Positions 11,795 to 26,259 of a stretch of 52,166 nt of DNA are shown here, piece by piece. The notes under the pieces were generated by a model that was not told where the DNA came from, did not search any database, and saw nothing but the letters and a program-made list of their open reading frames with translations. Positions within the stretch are counted from its first letter, which is position 1; the number at the start of each line of letters is the position of its first letter. Source of the DNA: Bigelowiella natans CCMP2755 (lineage: Eukaryota; Protista; Cercozoa); NCBI GenBank assembly GCA_000320545.1, contig ADNK01002756.1, positions 1 to 52,166 of the forward strand, given 5' to 3'. The position numbers were made by a program, and so were the translations under genes.

Positions 11795-14700
11795 TCACAG
11801 GGCAGCATCATCATCTTCACAGTCCAAACCACCAGGACGGACAAACTTAGTGGCCTGTCTCTTCCGTGGTTTCTGCTGTCTTTTCTGTTCCTGCATGCTT
11901 GAAAGAAGTCGAGTTCCTGTTCCTTGGGATGTTGAATTGTTGGATTGCCTGAACGTAGGGTTGATAGTTTCGACTACTAGGTCAGCATTGTGGTCGCCTA
12001 GCATCTCAAATGTCCGCCGAAAAGACGATCTACGTCCTCCACCGTGCGATGAAGCTAGACTTCTTATGTGATGATTCCGTGGTTCTGCATTAGGCAACTG
12101 CCCAGAAGCTTTACTACAAGGTTGAACGGGTGCGGAGGATAGACGGATAGGAGACCCTGGGCCAGACGTGTTTTCGTTGTTAGCAGGCTGTGGATTGGAT
12201 GCGAAGCGCTGGAACGCATTCGGTTCATATGCAGGTCTTCGACAGAGTGTGACCTCCGTAAAGCCGCGAAAGTGTTGCTTTTGATCCGTACGTTTTTGTA
12301 TCTCAGAGGAGGCCAACTGATTTTTCTTGGAATCTCCCTGTATGGGTTTGGAGCAGTCGCCAAGGGACTGTTGTACTCGCTCGAGCTGCCTTTTTTCAGC
12401 ATCTCCTGACGATTTTGAATCAGTAGGTACATTCCTGTTGTAATAGCTTCTTTCAAAGCTAGAAGGCGGCACTTCTTGCCTTTCATCTAGTCCGTATCGC
12501 GTCATTTCCAACATGAACTTAGAATCCTCGCACTCCTGTTGCAGGTGTCGGAGTACTGTTTTCCTTGAGCCATTTCGGCGCATCTTATGGCTCTTATCAA
12601 AGTCCTTGCCCTCCCTGATTGTCTTCACGATGTCGCCGCATATCACAAATGCGGCGAACCTGAACAAGTGTGTGTATGTATTAGAGTAGTTATATATGTA
12701 AAACTGGATGATTCATTCTCCCTTTAAGCCATTACAGATACACAATTTCCCACATCACCACATATTATTTGATTTTCACCCGAGAAACGTCGCGTTAGAG
12801 AGCACTACAACAATCGAGCAGAGGATCTTGACTGGCGTAGAAGCAAAATATAGGAACCCCCCTAGAAAGTACGTTAAGAATGAAGTTGAAAGGCCAGCTA
12901 GTTCTACACTGTTGCACATTCTGTCCTCGAATGGCTCCAACTTCAGTTGCACCATGAAAGAAAAGAAGATCAACAAAACTGCTAGGTTCGCCTGTGCGGA
13001 ATGTGAGAGAACGAATACAGCGAACGATGCTATGAAAGCCTGTGAGAAATGGGAAAACATAAAGCCAATCTTAAAGTTATTCTTATGAGACAAACAGAGC
13101 AGCCATTCCTTTTCACTATTTATAGCTACCAGTGCTAGGGTCAAGTATATCTCTCATTAATGGAGAAATCCAACATTTTCATATTTTCATAATATGTTAC
13201 TATCCTGCCTTCTCTCCTAACCCCCCTAGTCCTGTGATGAATGATTTTACCTTCCTCATCATAATGAGGATCTCAAACATAAAATACTTGGGTTTATATC
13301 CGTGGTAGAGAAGGTACAGCGACATGCGGTTGCGCTTTATGTTGTATTTTTCTTCCACAGTGAGATCAGTCCGAACGTCAAGAGAGCCCGGCATATCGCC
13401 TCGGTGCTTCCAGAGGTAGTAGCAGCATGAGAGGGGAAATCCAATCACGTACAGCACCATCATGGGAAGACCGAGAAGCAGCATGTAATAGAGATGGGGG
13501 TTTCCGTAGCAACGTTGCGACATGTCAGCTACCAGAACCGTGCCTGGTTGTGTTTGATGTTGTGTTAGAGTATTTGAACACATGCTAGCTTTGATTAGAC
13601 AAACCAAATCATTCTATAGGACTAGAGGATGGAAAAAATTCTGGCTCGAAGACACATGAAATGGGAAAATGCAAAATCTACACTAGTGGCGCTGGAATTA
13701 CTCTCTTTGGAGCTTGAGTCTAGTTCTTCGCAGTTGAATAGCTTAAAGGTGGTGATAATAAGGCTCGGGTAGAGCATGAACATCATCGAGACGTTGGAAG
13801 AGTTGAACTGTGCGTGTACTTGCTTGATCCGAAGCTCTCGCTCCTCCACTTCCTCTTCCGGGGTGAATTGCAGCATCTGAATCTCACGGTTAATACGCAC
13901 GTGGCGTTTGATCTTCTTTTTCCTCCTCTTCTCCCTTTTCCTATCCTCATAATCCTAGTCATTGTCATCTTCACTTCGGCTACCACCTCCTCTCTTCGCA
14001 TCGTCGCTGCGGTCTTTGTATGCATCCCCCTGGAGAATTGCTCGATGTCCTGACTTCGTCGGGCTTTTGCTTCCCTTTAAGTTCTCCTCAGTGTCTTCCA
14101 TTTTCCGCCCCCCCCCCCTAGGTGTGGAAGCGGCTTCCCCTTCGGATTCTACCCCACAAATACCCTCGTCAATTCTCTGATTATCCTCCTCTTTGGCATT
14201 CCCCCTTTCTCCGTTCCATTTTTCGTTTTGCATGCGCTGAATCTTAATCTTATGCAGACTTTCAGTCACAATCTCGCGCTCTTCCTACACCGTTATGTTC
14301 GTGAAACGAGGTTAAAGATTTCTAGTTGAGGCATGGAACAGTTCATCTAAAGCGATTCCCCTCTCGCAGCTCGGCGTCAGAAGAACAATAACTACAATTA
14401 TAAGTTCCTCTTACTCTCATTGGTACTACCTGCCTTGCCATATAGTACTTGAACGCAAATATGGCGACCGTGATGATCGACAGGAACGGTATCATAATTG
14501 GAACCTGAAATGCAAGTAGAAAGAAGTTTTGCGAGAGCTCGTACGTATCTTTGTCTGCTCCTCATATTCTTTTCACACACGCATGACACATATTCTATTA
14601 AATGAATGTATGAAGTCCGCTCGATGACAACATCTACACGTTCAATTCCAATGCACTTGCATACCGCAGACATGGCAATTGTATTGATGTAGACTGGGCG

Positions 14701-17156
14701 AACTGGATTCTCGGAGTCCATTGCGCAGTCTACATTGAGAAGACTGCCAAAAATGCCTATAGTACGCTGAGACGTGAGTCAGACCCTTACAAACCCAGGC
14801 CATTCGTATTCGAAATCTGCAGCTAGGGAGTTGAATTGTACGGCAAAGATCGTAATCTTCACTAGTGTGGAGGTGCGGTCTAGCGATGACTTCTCACGAA
14901 CGCCATCCATCTCCTCCTGACAATGCATGCAGAGGGCGGAAACTATCAGGTCACCGTGCTTCTGAATTTTCCAAATATTGCGAAGTAGCGTTACCTGAGC
15001 CTCTTGCACATTGATGTACGTCAACCCAATTCCAACGATGGCAACCAAAATTCATGACACGACTATCTGCAGAGTCGCTATACCTGTCCCCCCCTGGCAT
15101 TTCACGCAATCGCTTTGTCCAGAGCGACTCCATCTAACAACATCAAATGTGTTAAGGCTTGTCATGCCAGTGGAAACGACTCCCAGCTAGCAGTCCTCGT
15201 GCGAGCGTTTTCGAAATTAGTTTCTATTTTTCAGCTGTTCCATTCTCACTGCTATTGCTTACTACCCATCTTCACAGACAGAGCATAGTACGCCTTTGTA
15301 GCCCTCAGCACACTCCCCTCGCACGCCTTGACACGCGTTGTTCCGACAGGTTAGGAATTTAAGTTCATTTGGAGGCCAGATTGACAGCCAGAACCCAACG
15401 TCAGGTTGCACTTCTGAATCCTTAAGCCTGATAAGGATTGTTGCATTAATGCGGTTTGTATTGCTACATCGGACCGTTTTGTGTCCGTTTTTAGCGAACA
15501 AGTGGAAGACTCTCTCAGACCAATAAAATCCTGCTATCCTCTTTGTTGCAATACAATTTTCACTCCTCTTCCCGCCCTCGTTCTTTCTTAATGATTTTGT
15601 ACCCTTTCTTAGTGCAAGACCCCCCTGGTGGGCAATCTAAGCATGCAGCTGGGTTTCCCACTGAATCGAAGTCGCGCTCATAGAAAAAGAAACCGCGTAA
15701 ACACTCACACTCCCAGAAGTTTTCCGTTCCTTCTGAATTGGCCGGGCAAGGCAAGCAGGATGTAAAGAATTCGTTTGGAACGAAGTCAATCGCGCACGCA
15801 GCGCAAGAAGTAGCCCCGGACTGTGCCGTAAACCCCCCAGTTGCGTTGCAGGAGCTACACTGAGCCGACTTCGAGGAGGAGGAGAATCGTCCGGGTGGGC
15901 AAAGGGAACAGGAGGAGGTTGCATTTGGAATTAGATTCTGGTATTTACCAGGCCCGCAGTCTTCGCATCTGAGTGGCATGATGACCTGCACAAGATTTCA
16001 ATAAATAAAAGACGTCATTAAGGATCGCGCCCTACCCTACTTCCTTCTCTCTTTCTAACCTGGCCTGCACCGCACGCAGAGACTAGTAGCTTGCTCTCAG
16101 AAGTGTTAAGCTGCGTTGCGACAACGGATCCAGAATCCATCGTTTTGGACACCGTGGCCATTGCTATCAGCGTATACGAACTGTTCGGCGGTGCGGAGAA
16201 AACGACCACAGATGATGATGCTGTCGAGGTGGAGTTACAAAGCGAGCCAAAACACATCTTGCCGGAACTCGACGCAAGTATTCCCCCGAAGGTGAAGCTG
16301 TGCCCTCCTCCAGATGACGACTGCGACTGTGGAGCTGCAATGAGAGTCACTGTAGTCGGCTCTACCACCAACTCCCCGAACGCATCTGTAACATTGATGT
16401 GGATGGCAACATTCCATGGAGCTTGCGATGTTACCTCAATGCTTTCCATCCATGACCAAGCCACTCGGCTTGGCGCACTAGCAACATTGCCCCCTTGCGC
16501 CGCTGAATTATTCTAACCCTAATTCTAACCCTAACCCTAACCCTAACCCTAACCCTAACCCTAACCCTAACCCTAACCCCCCCTCTAGTTGTCTCGATGC
16601 GGATTATGCAAACGTTGCATTTATCGTTGTCGTCATAGTCATTGCCAAACATTTATTCTTTCATTACACGTTGCCGTTTCGGTCATTTTCATCATTGCCC
16701 ACAATAGCCGGATCGGCCAACAGAAGAATGCGGTTGCTAAAGGTAGGAGAGAGGGTAGGAATTCGCGGGGAGTGTGTTGGAGATATTGAAGGAACGGCCG
16801 TGCTCGGGGAGATGGTGGTGGGGCCTAGAGTTGAGGGTGATAGGGATGATGGCGACGTAGAGCTGGGGCTCATGGAGGGTGCAACAGAGGGGGAGTATGT
16901 TGTCTAAACACATTGATATATAAATGGCAAGAAATATATGCACATCTGACGACCCGAGTGCGTGTGCTTGTGAGTGCGTTAGGATGGTGCAAAGGAAAAC
17001 GACATACTGGCGACAACGAAGATGGCGTTGTAGTGAGAGGGCTAGATGTTGATGGACTGTACGTCGTGGGGGAGCGCGAGGAGGGAGAAACGGTGCCTGG
17101 ATTCAATGCGTAAAATTGGCTAGATTCAGCAATATTGTAGAGATATATCATTGCAG

Positions 17157-17203
<47 letters not shown>

Positions 17204-17323
17204 GCTCGCTCGCTCTCTCTTCCTTTTATAAACTATATCTTCTTCTCATCTGATTCTCTATCTTTATCCCTCCGCCTTCCTAATCCTCATGGAAAACGCA
17301 CACACCTTTACACAAGCATATTG

Positions 17324-17361
<38 letters not shown>

Positions 17362-18330
17362 AAATGTTATATTGTCAACTGACTCGGTGAGCATGTAGTA
17401 GGCTCTGTTGTTGTTGGAGAGCCTGAAGTGGGCGCGAGCGAAGGTGCAGCCGAAGGCACGTCCGTTGGCGCGCATGTTGTTGGATTACGCGTCATTGTAG
17501 GGCCGTACGTGCCTGGAAAGGGATTGCGTGTTACTGGTGAGGCTGTTGGCTTTACGGTCTGGGGTGATTTCGATGGTGCGTCTGTCATTGGGCATCTTGA
17601 TGGCTTGGACGTTATTGGCGACAGCGTAAGAGGCGAAAGCGTGCTCGGGGAGAGACCTGGCCAACACAAACAACATGAGCCGATGGTAGGTATCGTTGGT
17701 GATTGATACAAATCTATTAACGATTTGAGCAACATAATTACTGGTTGGAGTATGAGTAGGAGAGGCTGACGGAGCCCTGCTTGTTGGCGAAGCAGAGGGC
17801 TTGCGGGTTGGGAACTTCGTCGGCAGTGGAGTGGGGAACTTTGTAGGCGTTGGGGTGGGGAACTTCGTTGGGACTGGAGTTGGGAACTTCGTTGGCACTG
17901 GAGTTGGGAATTTCGTAGGTTGGGGCGTATGAAGATGTGGAAGATGACCGTGAGGGTTGTGTAAGTGAGGAACATGGGTGTGGAACTTTGCAGCCAGGAC
18001 CTCCGCGAAAGCTTTGATAGAATCGTCGTCGAATGCCGAACTCTGGTGTCGTTGTACGGAAAAAGCGTTTGGAAAGTGGAGAGGGTTCTCAGGTAGAAAG
18101 AGGATTGATGTGTTTGTGTGTGTAACTGACCTCTATTCTCTCCCTTTCGCATTTTACTCCGACAAGGAGGGAAATACAGATGAAGAAATTTAACCTCATG
18201 TAGCTCTTGCGAAACCAAATCAGGCTCTCTGAGTTACAATTACCGAATAGTTAACAAATACATGGTCTACGACCTTCCCTGCAAAAAACTTACGGGTTCA
18301 TCTACTACTGTCCACTCTCCTCCTCGCCCT
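11795..18330 (-). CDS. Multi-exon receptor-like membrane protein: His/Pro repeat, Thr/Ser/Pro mucin stalk, Cys-rich GCC2/GCC3 (ephrin-receptor-like) repeats, about 7 TM helices, long cytosolic tail; 5' end uncertain
   Basis: Exons encode PHLHNPHGHLPHLHTP, (PTKFPTPx)5 and many TxSP repeats. Cys-rich exons read CEDCGPGKYQ...CSLCPPGRFS...CLPCPANS...CLDCPPGGSC and ECAEGYKGVLCSVCEDG. TM segments follow: VKITIFAVQFNSL..FEYEWP, MMFMLYPSLIITTFKLFNC, LLGLPMMVLYVIGFP, LYHGYKPKYFMFEILIMMRK, LEPFEDRMCNSVELAGL. TGA is at 11797-11795. Confidence 0.8.
16513..16579 (-). repeat. Interstitial telomeric repeat (TTAGGG)n inside an intron
   Basis: Nine perfect TAACCC units (16526-16579) plus one degenerate unit, about 10 bp from the AG acceptor of the exon starting near 16503. 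Confidence 0.95.
17810..17920 (-). repeat. Coding 24-bp tandem repeat encoding PTKFPTPx x5
   Basis: Five degenerate copies of GGGAA(C/T)TT(C/T)GTNGG at 24-bp spacing; third-position variation indicates conservation at the protein level. Confidence 0.85.
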
Positions 18331-18836
18331 TCTTCTCTCTTGAATCCCTCCCCCCCTATTGCCTACTTGCCTACCTATCAATGCAGCTGCCGAAATGTGT
18401 ATCTGGCAAAAACAACTTCGAAAAACAACCCTTTCGAGGGGGATAACATCGAAAAATCCCCTCTGTTTTAGGTTGTGCGACTGGGTCGCCAAAACACAAA
18501 TCTCTCCCGTTACGACACCAAACTCTCCCGTTATGTGTCTTGACACGCGGTAGTCGCAGATGTTTTTAGGCGTTTTTATCCCATCATCACCGGAACGTGT
18601 CAACCATCACGAGCTCTCATCGTTCTCGTAGATCTATTCCAGGAGATCTGATTGCAGATACTGAAGGCTCCGAAAGATCTTGTCGCAATTTGGAAACCCT
18701 TTTGGTTTTCCGCCTTGTGCGTCCCTCTTTGCTGTCGTTGCAATTGTGTGTCAAACACAAGAATGATAATCACATGTCCAGCAGATGGGATATTCCTACT
18801 TCGTATTATTGCCCAATTGACGAACATTGCCGCGTG

Positions 18837-18897
18837 ACATCGGCAACAACATCGGCAACAACATCAGCAACAACGTCGGTAACAACGTCGGCAACAA
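18837..18897. repeat. 12-bp minisatellite (ACATCGGCAACA)x5
   Basis: acatcggcaaca acatcggcaaca acatcagcaaca acgtcggtaaca acgtcggcaaca. Confidence 0.9.
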
Positions 18898-20499
18898 GGT
18901 CCCTCCTGGAACGTGGCACAATCGACTAGGGATTAGGAAAAGGGCAGGGGGGCTATCATACATGGTGCAAGACTGCCTGCAGGTTCGATTCGATTGGGGA
19001 AAGGACTGCAGTGGCAGAACTAAGGCTAGGGATAACTATAATAAAATATGCTAACGCCGCAACGTGCGCGTATTTCAGGGTTTCCTACGGTCTGTCCAGA
19101 CGCAGCTGAGGCTTCTTAGGGTGATTGATTCTCTTAAATGATGTTTGAATGTGGGAAAGTGGAACTCTCTCATCGTGTATTCATAACCTTCCAGGGACAG
19201 AGCGATGGTGCGGTCGGGAGGAAGATGGTGAAAGATATACAGCAGAGGCTCGTAGTCAGTCTCTCCTGCTTGTGCTATCTGATACCGAGGTAGTCATCAT
19301 GCAACGAGGGAGAGGGAGGTGATTTATCGACAATGATCATAGTATCACTCACATGTGTTCTGGGGCAACAAATGCCAGTGTTAGCTATTTCTGGTCGCTG
19401 GATGCGCTGGGGGGATATCTGTACCTTATCGTCACCGTTTTCAGGTAAATAAGAATTACAAAGTGCATTTTCTATGATTGCAGCGTATTAAGTCGTCGTT
19501 CTACGCGCACGCGCTGTTTTCCCCTGGCCCTTTGACAGCGTAATAGCGGACGGAAACTGGGCGCCTTTACCATACGAAGAAAATCTTAGACTTGTTGATA
19601 AGTGGACCGCTTCGTCTGCTGGCGTGTACACATTTCTGGTGATCATAATATTGTGATAACACAAAACGAGACGAAGGACTCGCGAAATGTATCTCAAGTA
19701 TGATGTTAACATTATTGATAGACTCTGGCTTCTCACTTGTCACCTCGCATATTTGCGGCCGCCATTACGATGACTCTTATCGCTCTGTATTTTCTGGTCA
19801 GTAGTACTGCCAGCCTGGTTTTGGGCAAATAATTCACTCATATAGAAGAACTATATTTTATTCCTCTTTTTGTAGAGATCCATCACCATTTCCTGAGTAG
19901 ATATATGTATTCGCGAATGAGTGTATTTATATTTTTGTGTCATCCTGTATCGGGAAAACAACTAAGAAAATGTCCCGCGACGTTGGGGTAAAGGCTAAGA
20001 AGCCTGGAGCTAGCAGGCACGACGTGTGGAGGTATGTTGTTTTAGCATGGTATTGGGGGAAATAATGGTTGGATACAACTGATTTAGAAGCGCGAACCTT
20101 CAATTTTTGTTAGTTTGCAATTTGAAGTAAAACGATTTGATGTTCCTTGGCAAGAAACTTACACGCCATCATGTGTTTTTTTTGGCTACCACTCATAAAA
20201 TCCAACTTGTAGAATCATATAGATCTTTCTTGCTGACAACATTGGCTAAATCCCACTAATGCGTATGTGATACATAGATGGGTCTGGGCTCACTCTGCAT
20301 GGCATTTAGTATCTGCAGTTGCAGTTGCAGCGGGGGCAATAGTCTCCTCCTCCACCTATGATTGATTTGTATGTGAATTCGAACTTGATCTCCATCACCT
20401 ATTGAAACTGAACGTAGTAGGTCGATCATTTGTACTTAGTGATCAAAGATCGCATGCTTTTGGGCTTTTGGCACACGTATTGCTGTGAATCGAAATGCA

Positions 20500-21800
20500 C
20501 GTCTTTTCTGCTGCTAATAGCCCGTCAGCATGGCTATACGTACGTGCAACATGCATCTCCGTGTACCCAAGTGCGCTAATTATTTCATCATGCAAACAAA
20601 CATGCAATGTGCAAATGATGTCTTCTAGATGCATTTATTCGTCCATCATTCATCTGCGTCCACGGTTACGTCGATCGCGATATCAACACCACACCCAGTG
20701 ATACATGTGCTCATTATTTATTTGCAATGCGAGTCGCGTCGCATGTGTGACGACAGCAGTAGTCAGTCAGCATCAAAGCGCACGCCATAGCCATAGCTAG
20801 ACAGCACTTTAGCATTGCTACAGGCTACTAGGTCGAGCACAGCGCAGCTAGCGTCTGTGCTATAGTGTGATCTGCATGAATCACATGCAAGCGCGCAGGA
20901 CGAGACCATGCGTCATTTGGGTGTGGACTGCATGCCGATCTAGCGATCCATCGCAGATGCAAGCTAGCAAGCGTTCAATCATGCATTGCTAGATTGCTAG
21001 ATTGGCGAAAACTGTGCGACAACGCGCGTCGTATACGTGGTGCGCTGCATACTTGCTAGATTGCGACAGAAGCAATGAACCGCGCTAGCGCGCATCAGCA
21101 TGCACTCACAAGTAGGCGAATTGAGTGAAAATTCTAGGCGGATGAGAGCAAAAAAAGGCAGAGAATTTTCTCATTTCCGGTGCAATCTAGCAGTGCGGGC
21201 ACGTATGAGATCAGAAAGTGAATTGAAAGCACCGCCACGTTTGAGCACATGACCATCCTGATGGACAGCCGGCTAGCTAGCTAGCCGGGAGCACCAGTCT
21301 AGCAGGCATGATGACTAGATGACAAAAATGAGAAAGCTGCGAAAATTTGAGCTCGGTGACTTCGAAATTTTGAGCTTGCCTTAAATTTTGTCACAAGTCT
21401 AGAAGTTGACCTCCAGCACATTTAAAAATGGAGTTTTTTCGTTTTCTCGAACCAAGCCAAGACGTGTTTTTTTTGGCACAAAAATCATGTAGTGCCGCTA
21501 TATATTGTTTCAGTTCTCATTGCAGGAAACATGCGAAACTGTGAAATTCCTAGCTACGTGATTTGCCTACGTTGTGCTAGCGCACGCAGCGTCTACTAGC
21601 GGATGAGCGACGCTGCGAGTACAATGCCAGCGCTAGCATGGTCATCATGCTGCTGCACGCTGGAAACAACTCGCTCGCGGTTGATCTGCAATGAGCGCAC
21701 CCATGAATGCCATGTTGTTGCCATCGTGCGCCAGCGACATTAGTTTGCCTTTACTACCATATTCTGATGTGATGAATTGTTACATTAGGTAGGCGCACAT
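20500..21800. other. CTAG/TGCA/CATG-rich, partly TpA-depleted tract 3 (downstream of the gene ending near 22.1 kb)
   Basis: In the core (20870-21420) most TA dinucleotides fall inside CTAG. It contains the 20-bp perfect palindrome CCGGCTAGCTAGCTAGCCGG. Confidence 0.8.
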
Positions 21801-21887
21801 AGAGGCTCATCGATCCTAAATGCTATGCATCACACCAAATGCAACTATGCACCATGGAACGTGTATACATGTATTTATATATCATAT

Positions 21888-21942
<55 letters not shown>

Positions 21943-22119
21943 ATATATTCGCTATCAATGCATTGTGTTCTATGAAAGTGTGTGTGTGTGTGTGTGTGTT
22001 TGTGTGTCAGTAAATAGGGTAAATCCTTCAATCATCGGCATAGTAATATCCCCTCCAGCCCCAAGCTCGCTCTTTGCCAATTCCTCTTCCTCTGGCTACT
22101 ATTACTACAATTGAGATCA

Positions 22120-24527
22120 TCCGCCATTTCTCTTAATAGTTGCTGTGCGCAGATTGAGGCATTCCATCGTTCTCCTAGTCAACATTCGTTTTCGCCTCCC
22201 TTGCTGCAGGCGGAGTTGTGGCCTCCTTTTCTACAGTAATGGGGACGGACTTCTCCTATTGTATGTGCCAAAAAGAGGAGGAAGGGATTATTAAGATCTA
22301 GAATCCCATGCATTTGACGCATAATTTCTCTCTTCTTTCCCAAAAATACGTACATCGTTAGAATTGCTGAATCGAGAGAGGCGTAGCGAATTGAAAAAAT
22401 AGTCTTTCATTTAGGTAGGGTTTTAGAATATCATGAATCGAGATCTTAAGCCCCTCGCCTCTAATTGTTTTTATTGTTGCTGTTGATGTAATTGTGGTGC
22501 ACAAAACGCCACTGAGCGACACATCCTCTATCCCTCATTAATCCCTTCCTCATTCCTCTCCCCCTCCCCCCCTCCCGGTTCCAGCATCATCACCTCCCCC
22601 TCCGGAGCTGCATTTATCTTCGGTATCTCTACAGTCAAAGCCCCTGAAACGACAATAGCGATGAGGCAAAGAATGGCGTCATCCAAGAACTGTCGGTGGA
22701 ATGTGCCGTTCTTAATTAGCCAGCGATAGCATTGCTACTGCTGCTGCTGCTGCTTTTTGCTTCTACAACTACTGCTGCTGCTGCTGCTACTACTACTACT
22801 ACAACTACCATCTTGCATATGTGCTGATATCTTAGACGCGTCCGCGTTGAGAGGCAGCGAGAACTCACGATCGAGGCTTTGAACACACGAGCCGCCCTAA
22901 AACACCAACCAACAACACAACGCTCATCTTCCCACCACGCATAGATGAAGAACATGGCGAAGTCCAGTCGGGAGATACTGCTGCTATTATGATTATTATG
23001 ATTATTATTATTATAATGATTGTTATGACCTCGAGAAGCTGCTCCACGGCCCCCTTCACAATTAGGGTCGAGTCCTTTACAGATACCTGGTGTAAGAATA
23101 ACGAGAGAATAAGAAGAAGAAACAGCGGCAAGGATGATGTCATTCGTGTGGTGTGTGCTTGTTGTTGTATGCATTGATGAGAGAGGCAAACGAAGTAGTA
23201 TTCGTGTGGATTTTTTGCGGGGGTAGGTAGCAGCAGTTCGGTATCAAGGCGTGTATAACAAGAATGGCAATTCTCTTGAATGCGGAAACGCCGCAAACAG
23301 CAGAGCAACAGCTACAGAAACAGCAGCAGCATCGTATCAGGCACACCTTCAAATCGTCCATTTCCATTCCTTCATACAAACAACAGGCAGGAAACAATCA
23401 GTGTTCGTTAATGTCAAAGGTTGCTTTAGAGCCTTGTGGTGTCCATCAATGAATGACCCTTACCATCCCCCTTTTCCCCCCCCCCCCCCCCCCCACACAC
23501 ACGTCCTCACCGACCTACGTACAACCTGGTGTTTGGATGGTGATGAAGAAGGCGTTGGGGTTCTCTGTCCTCTTTGCGTTTCCGGTGTGGAGCGGGTTGA
23601 ATTCCCAGCCTTCTCATCATGTTGCAAAATAGCAAGAACGAGTAGGAATGGAGGAGGAGATAAGATTCCAAATTTGACCAATCGAAGCACGTTGGCATCA
23701 AGGAATCGTAATTTTCATCATCACTACCATCATCACCATCAAACAACCTCTCGGTTCTCACAAAGTCACTAATATCGGCGCTAGTAACAGACGTAGCAGT
23801 GTGAATGCGCTTGCGTGCAGCCCTCCCCCCCCCTCTCTGTTCAGCGACATACCTCCTTGTTCCGACTCCATGACCGGGACGGAGCGGCAAGGGGGTAGGG
23901 GTGGGAGCTGACGGGCAGCTGTGGTCTCGTTAAGATCGCTCTTGAAGAGCATGACTGTTTCTTCCATATAAGCACGTGCCTGATTCAGATAAGCGAGCGT
24001 GTGTCACCGAGGAGCCCAACAATTATTATAATGATAACGATAATATCAATAATAATGATGAAGAGATGACATACTTTCTTCATCGCTGCGATGTCCTTCT
24101 CAAGGCGTTCCATGTCCCTCTTTCTCCTCTGCACGCACGCAACAAATAACACAGGATGATGATCGATCAGAAGGCGTCTTTCTGTCTGGCTGGACATAGG
24201 GGGAGGGGGAGGGGGAAGGGGTCGATATAGACGATCGGCTACGAAACAAGAACGAATGATTCGGTTTGAAGCAGCTCTTTGGCTAACAGCGAATATGCAG
24301 AAACTTGCATCCTGCTTCTTCGTAGGAGCGAGCGGTGCTACAGCATTGCGGCTGCTACTGCTATTTCACTACTACTGCTACTACTTCGATTTCATGGTGG
24401 ATACCTTTGTTGATGAGGCCAAATGAATGCGCTGCCACGTTGGGAGGACTTCTAAATAATCACAAAGACGAATACATTTTAACGCATTCCGACGACTCTC
24501 CCCCCTCCACCTCTTCCCCTTCCTCTA

Positions 24528-24570
<43 letters not shown>

Positions 24571-24575
24571 TCTCT

Positions 24576-24626
<51 letters not shown>

Positions 24627-25244
24627 TGCAATTATTGCCGAAAATAATCACGATCGATAGGAAGCCCCAAGCTCTCTGTTTTCCACCCATTTTCACTCTC
24701 ATGCTCTCATACATGGGGGCGGGGGGGCGGGCAGGTATGGCCAATCTTAACGTGGTTGTACCTTTGGTCTTCTCCGCCTCCTCTTCCTCCAGCTGAGCGC
24801 TCCATTTCGAAAGCATGCTTTCCATACCTTCGAGGGCCTAGTCGATGATAAGAAGTAGGATTAGGTAGTGATGGGGAGGGGGGCCTTTTTTTGTCGCCAT
24901 GCGCTGCACGCAACTGCACTCCGTCGTTCTTGTATTATGCATGCATGCATGTTGCGTGTGTGCTTGTGTGTTGGCTCGCTTTCTATATTCAGGCGCACTA
25001 CCTTTGTTGCGTTAGCAATCCTCTTCTCCTCAGACTTGATCGCCTTGATTGGATGATGACAGCAATGACGATGATGATGTTGTTGTTGTTGATGACGATG
25101 TGCGTGCGCGCATGCGTATATTTTGACAGCTATTGCTATAATGAAAGCATGGAGGAGGGAGGAGACGCTCATACCTCTTCGATGCTCTCATGGTTTGTGA
25201 TCGGAACCTGCGTTTCCACAAATTAACGAGTTGATGGATATAAG

Positions 25245-25278
<34 letters not shown>

Positions 25279-26227
25279 CGAGACACACACACATACACAC
25301 GCACGCACGCAGACAACACAGACATAAGCACTATCGACGATTGTTTTCACCACTTCCTTTGTTTGCTGCTGGTAATGAAAGAAATACTACGACAACCTCG
25401 CGTGTAGAGAACATGGGAAATCCTCGCAACCGCACACGCGGATACGCAAGCTTTGCTAGCCGGCGGAGATGGGCCAAGACCTGACAACACATGTATAAAT
25501 ATGAAAACACGCAAAATTTTCCATCCCAATCGTTTTAACTAACATACATATTTCTTCACAGGAGAGAGGGGAGGGTGGGGGGGAGGGGAGAGCAGCATGT
25601 ATCTGCATTGTGAATGTGCGTTGTTTGCCTAACCCTCGATCTCTCCCCGCTGGGAATAACGAAGCTCCCGCTGTCGTCTGTAATGGTGCCGGTCGCACTG
25701 TGGTACTCTAGTTCGCGTACGGTTTTCACCTTTTGTTGTTGTTGTTGTTGTAGTTGGTGGTGGTGGTGGTGGTGGTGTTGCCCGTCGATGTGCGATTTCT
25801 CACCCTCCTTATTTGCAATTATTTTTCATTTTCCGCCAGGCGAAAATATAGCCCATTAGCTCTATTCTACCGTTCCTCACCCTCTTCAGAGACGCGTATT
25901 ATATATAACATATGTGTGTGTGTGCGTGTGTGCGTGTGTGCGTGTGTGTGCATGCGAGTGTTTACGCGCGCGCGCGTGTGTACTTATAATATTAATGTAC
26001 ATACCTCACAATTTCCGTTTACGAATTCGCACAACTGTCCCCGATTTCCTAAATACGCCAGTCAACGGAAAGTTAGAGGGGGGGGGGGGGAAGGGATGGT
26101 TCAACACACCATATCTTTAAAGGCGCAGCATATTTTCATCACCAGCCATAGGTGCGGGAACATGAGCGAGAGGAAGAGAAAGAAAGAGCGTGAAAGTGAA
26201 AGTATATAGATGCCATATATCTACTAT

Positions 26228-26259
<32 letters not shown>

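Noticed and set aside
18837-18897. CRISPR-like array (also considered for 45351-45410)
   Set aside because: These are head-to-tail tandem repeats with no unique spacers, no cas genes, and a eukaryotic context.
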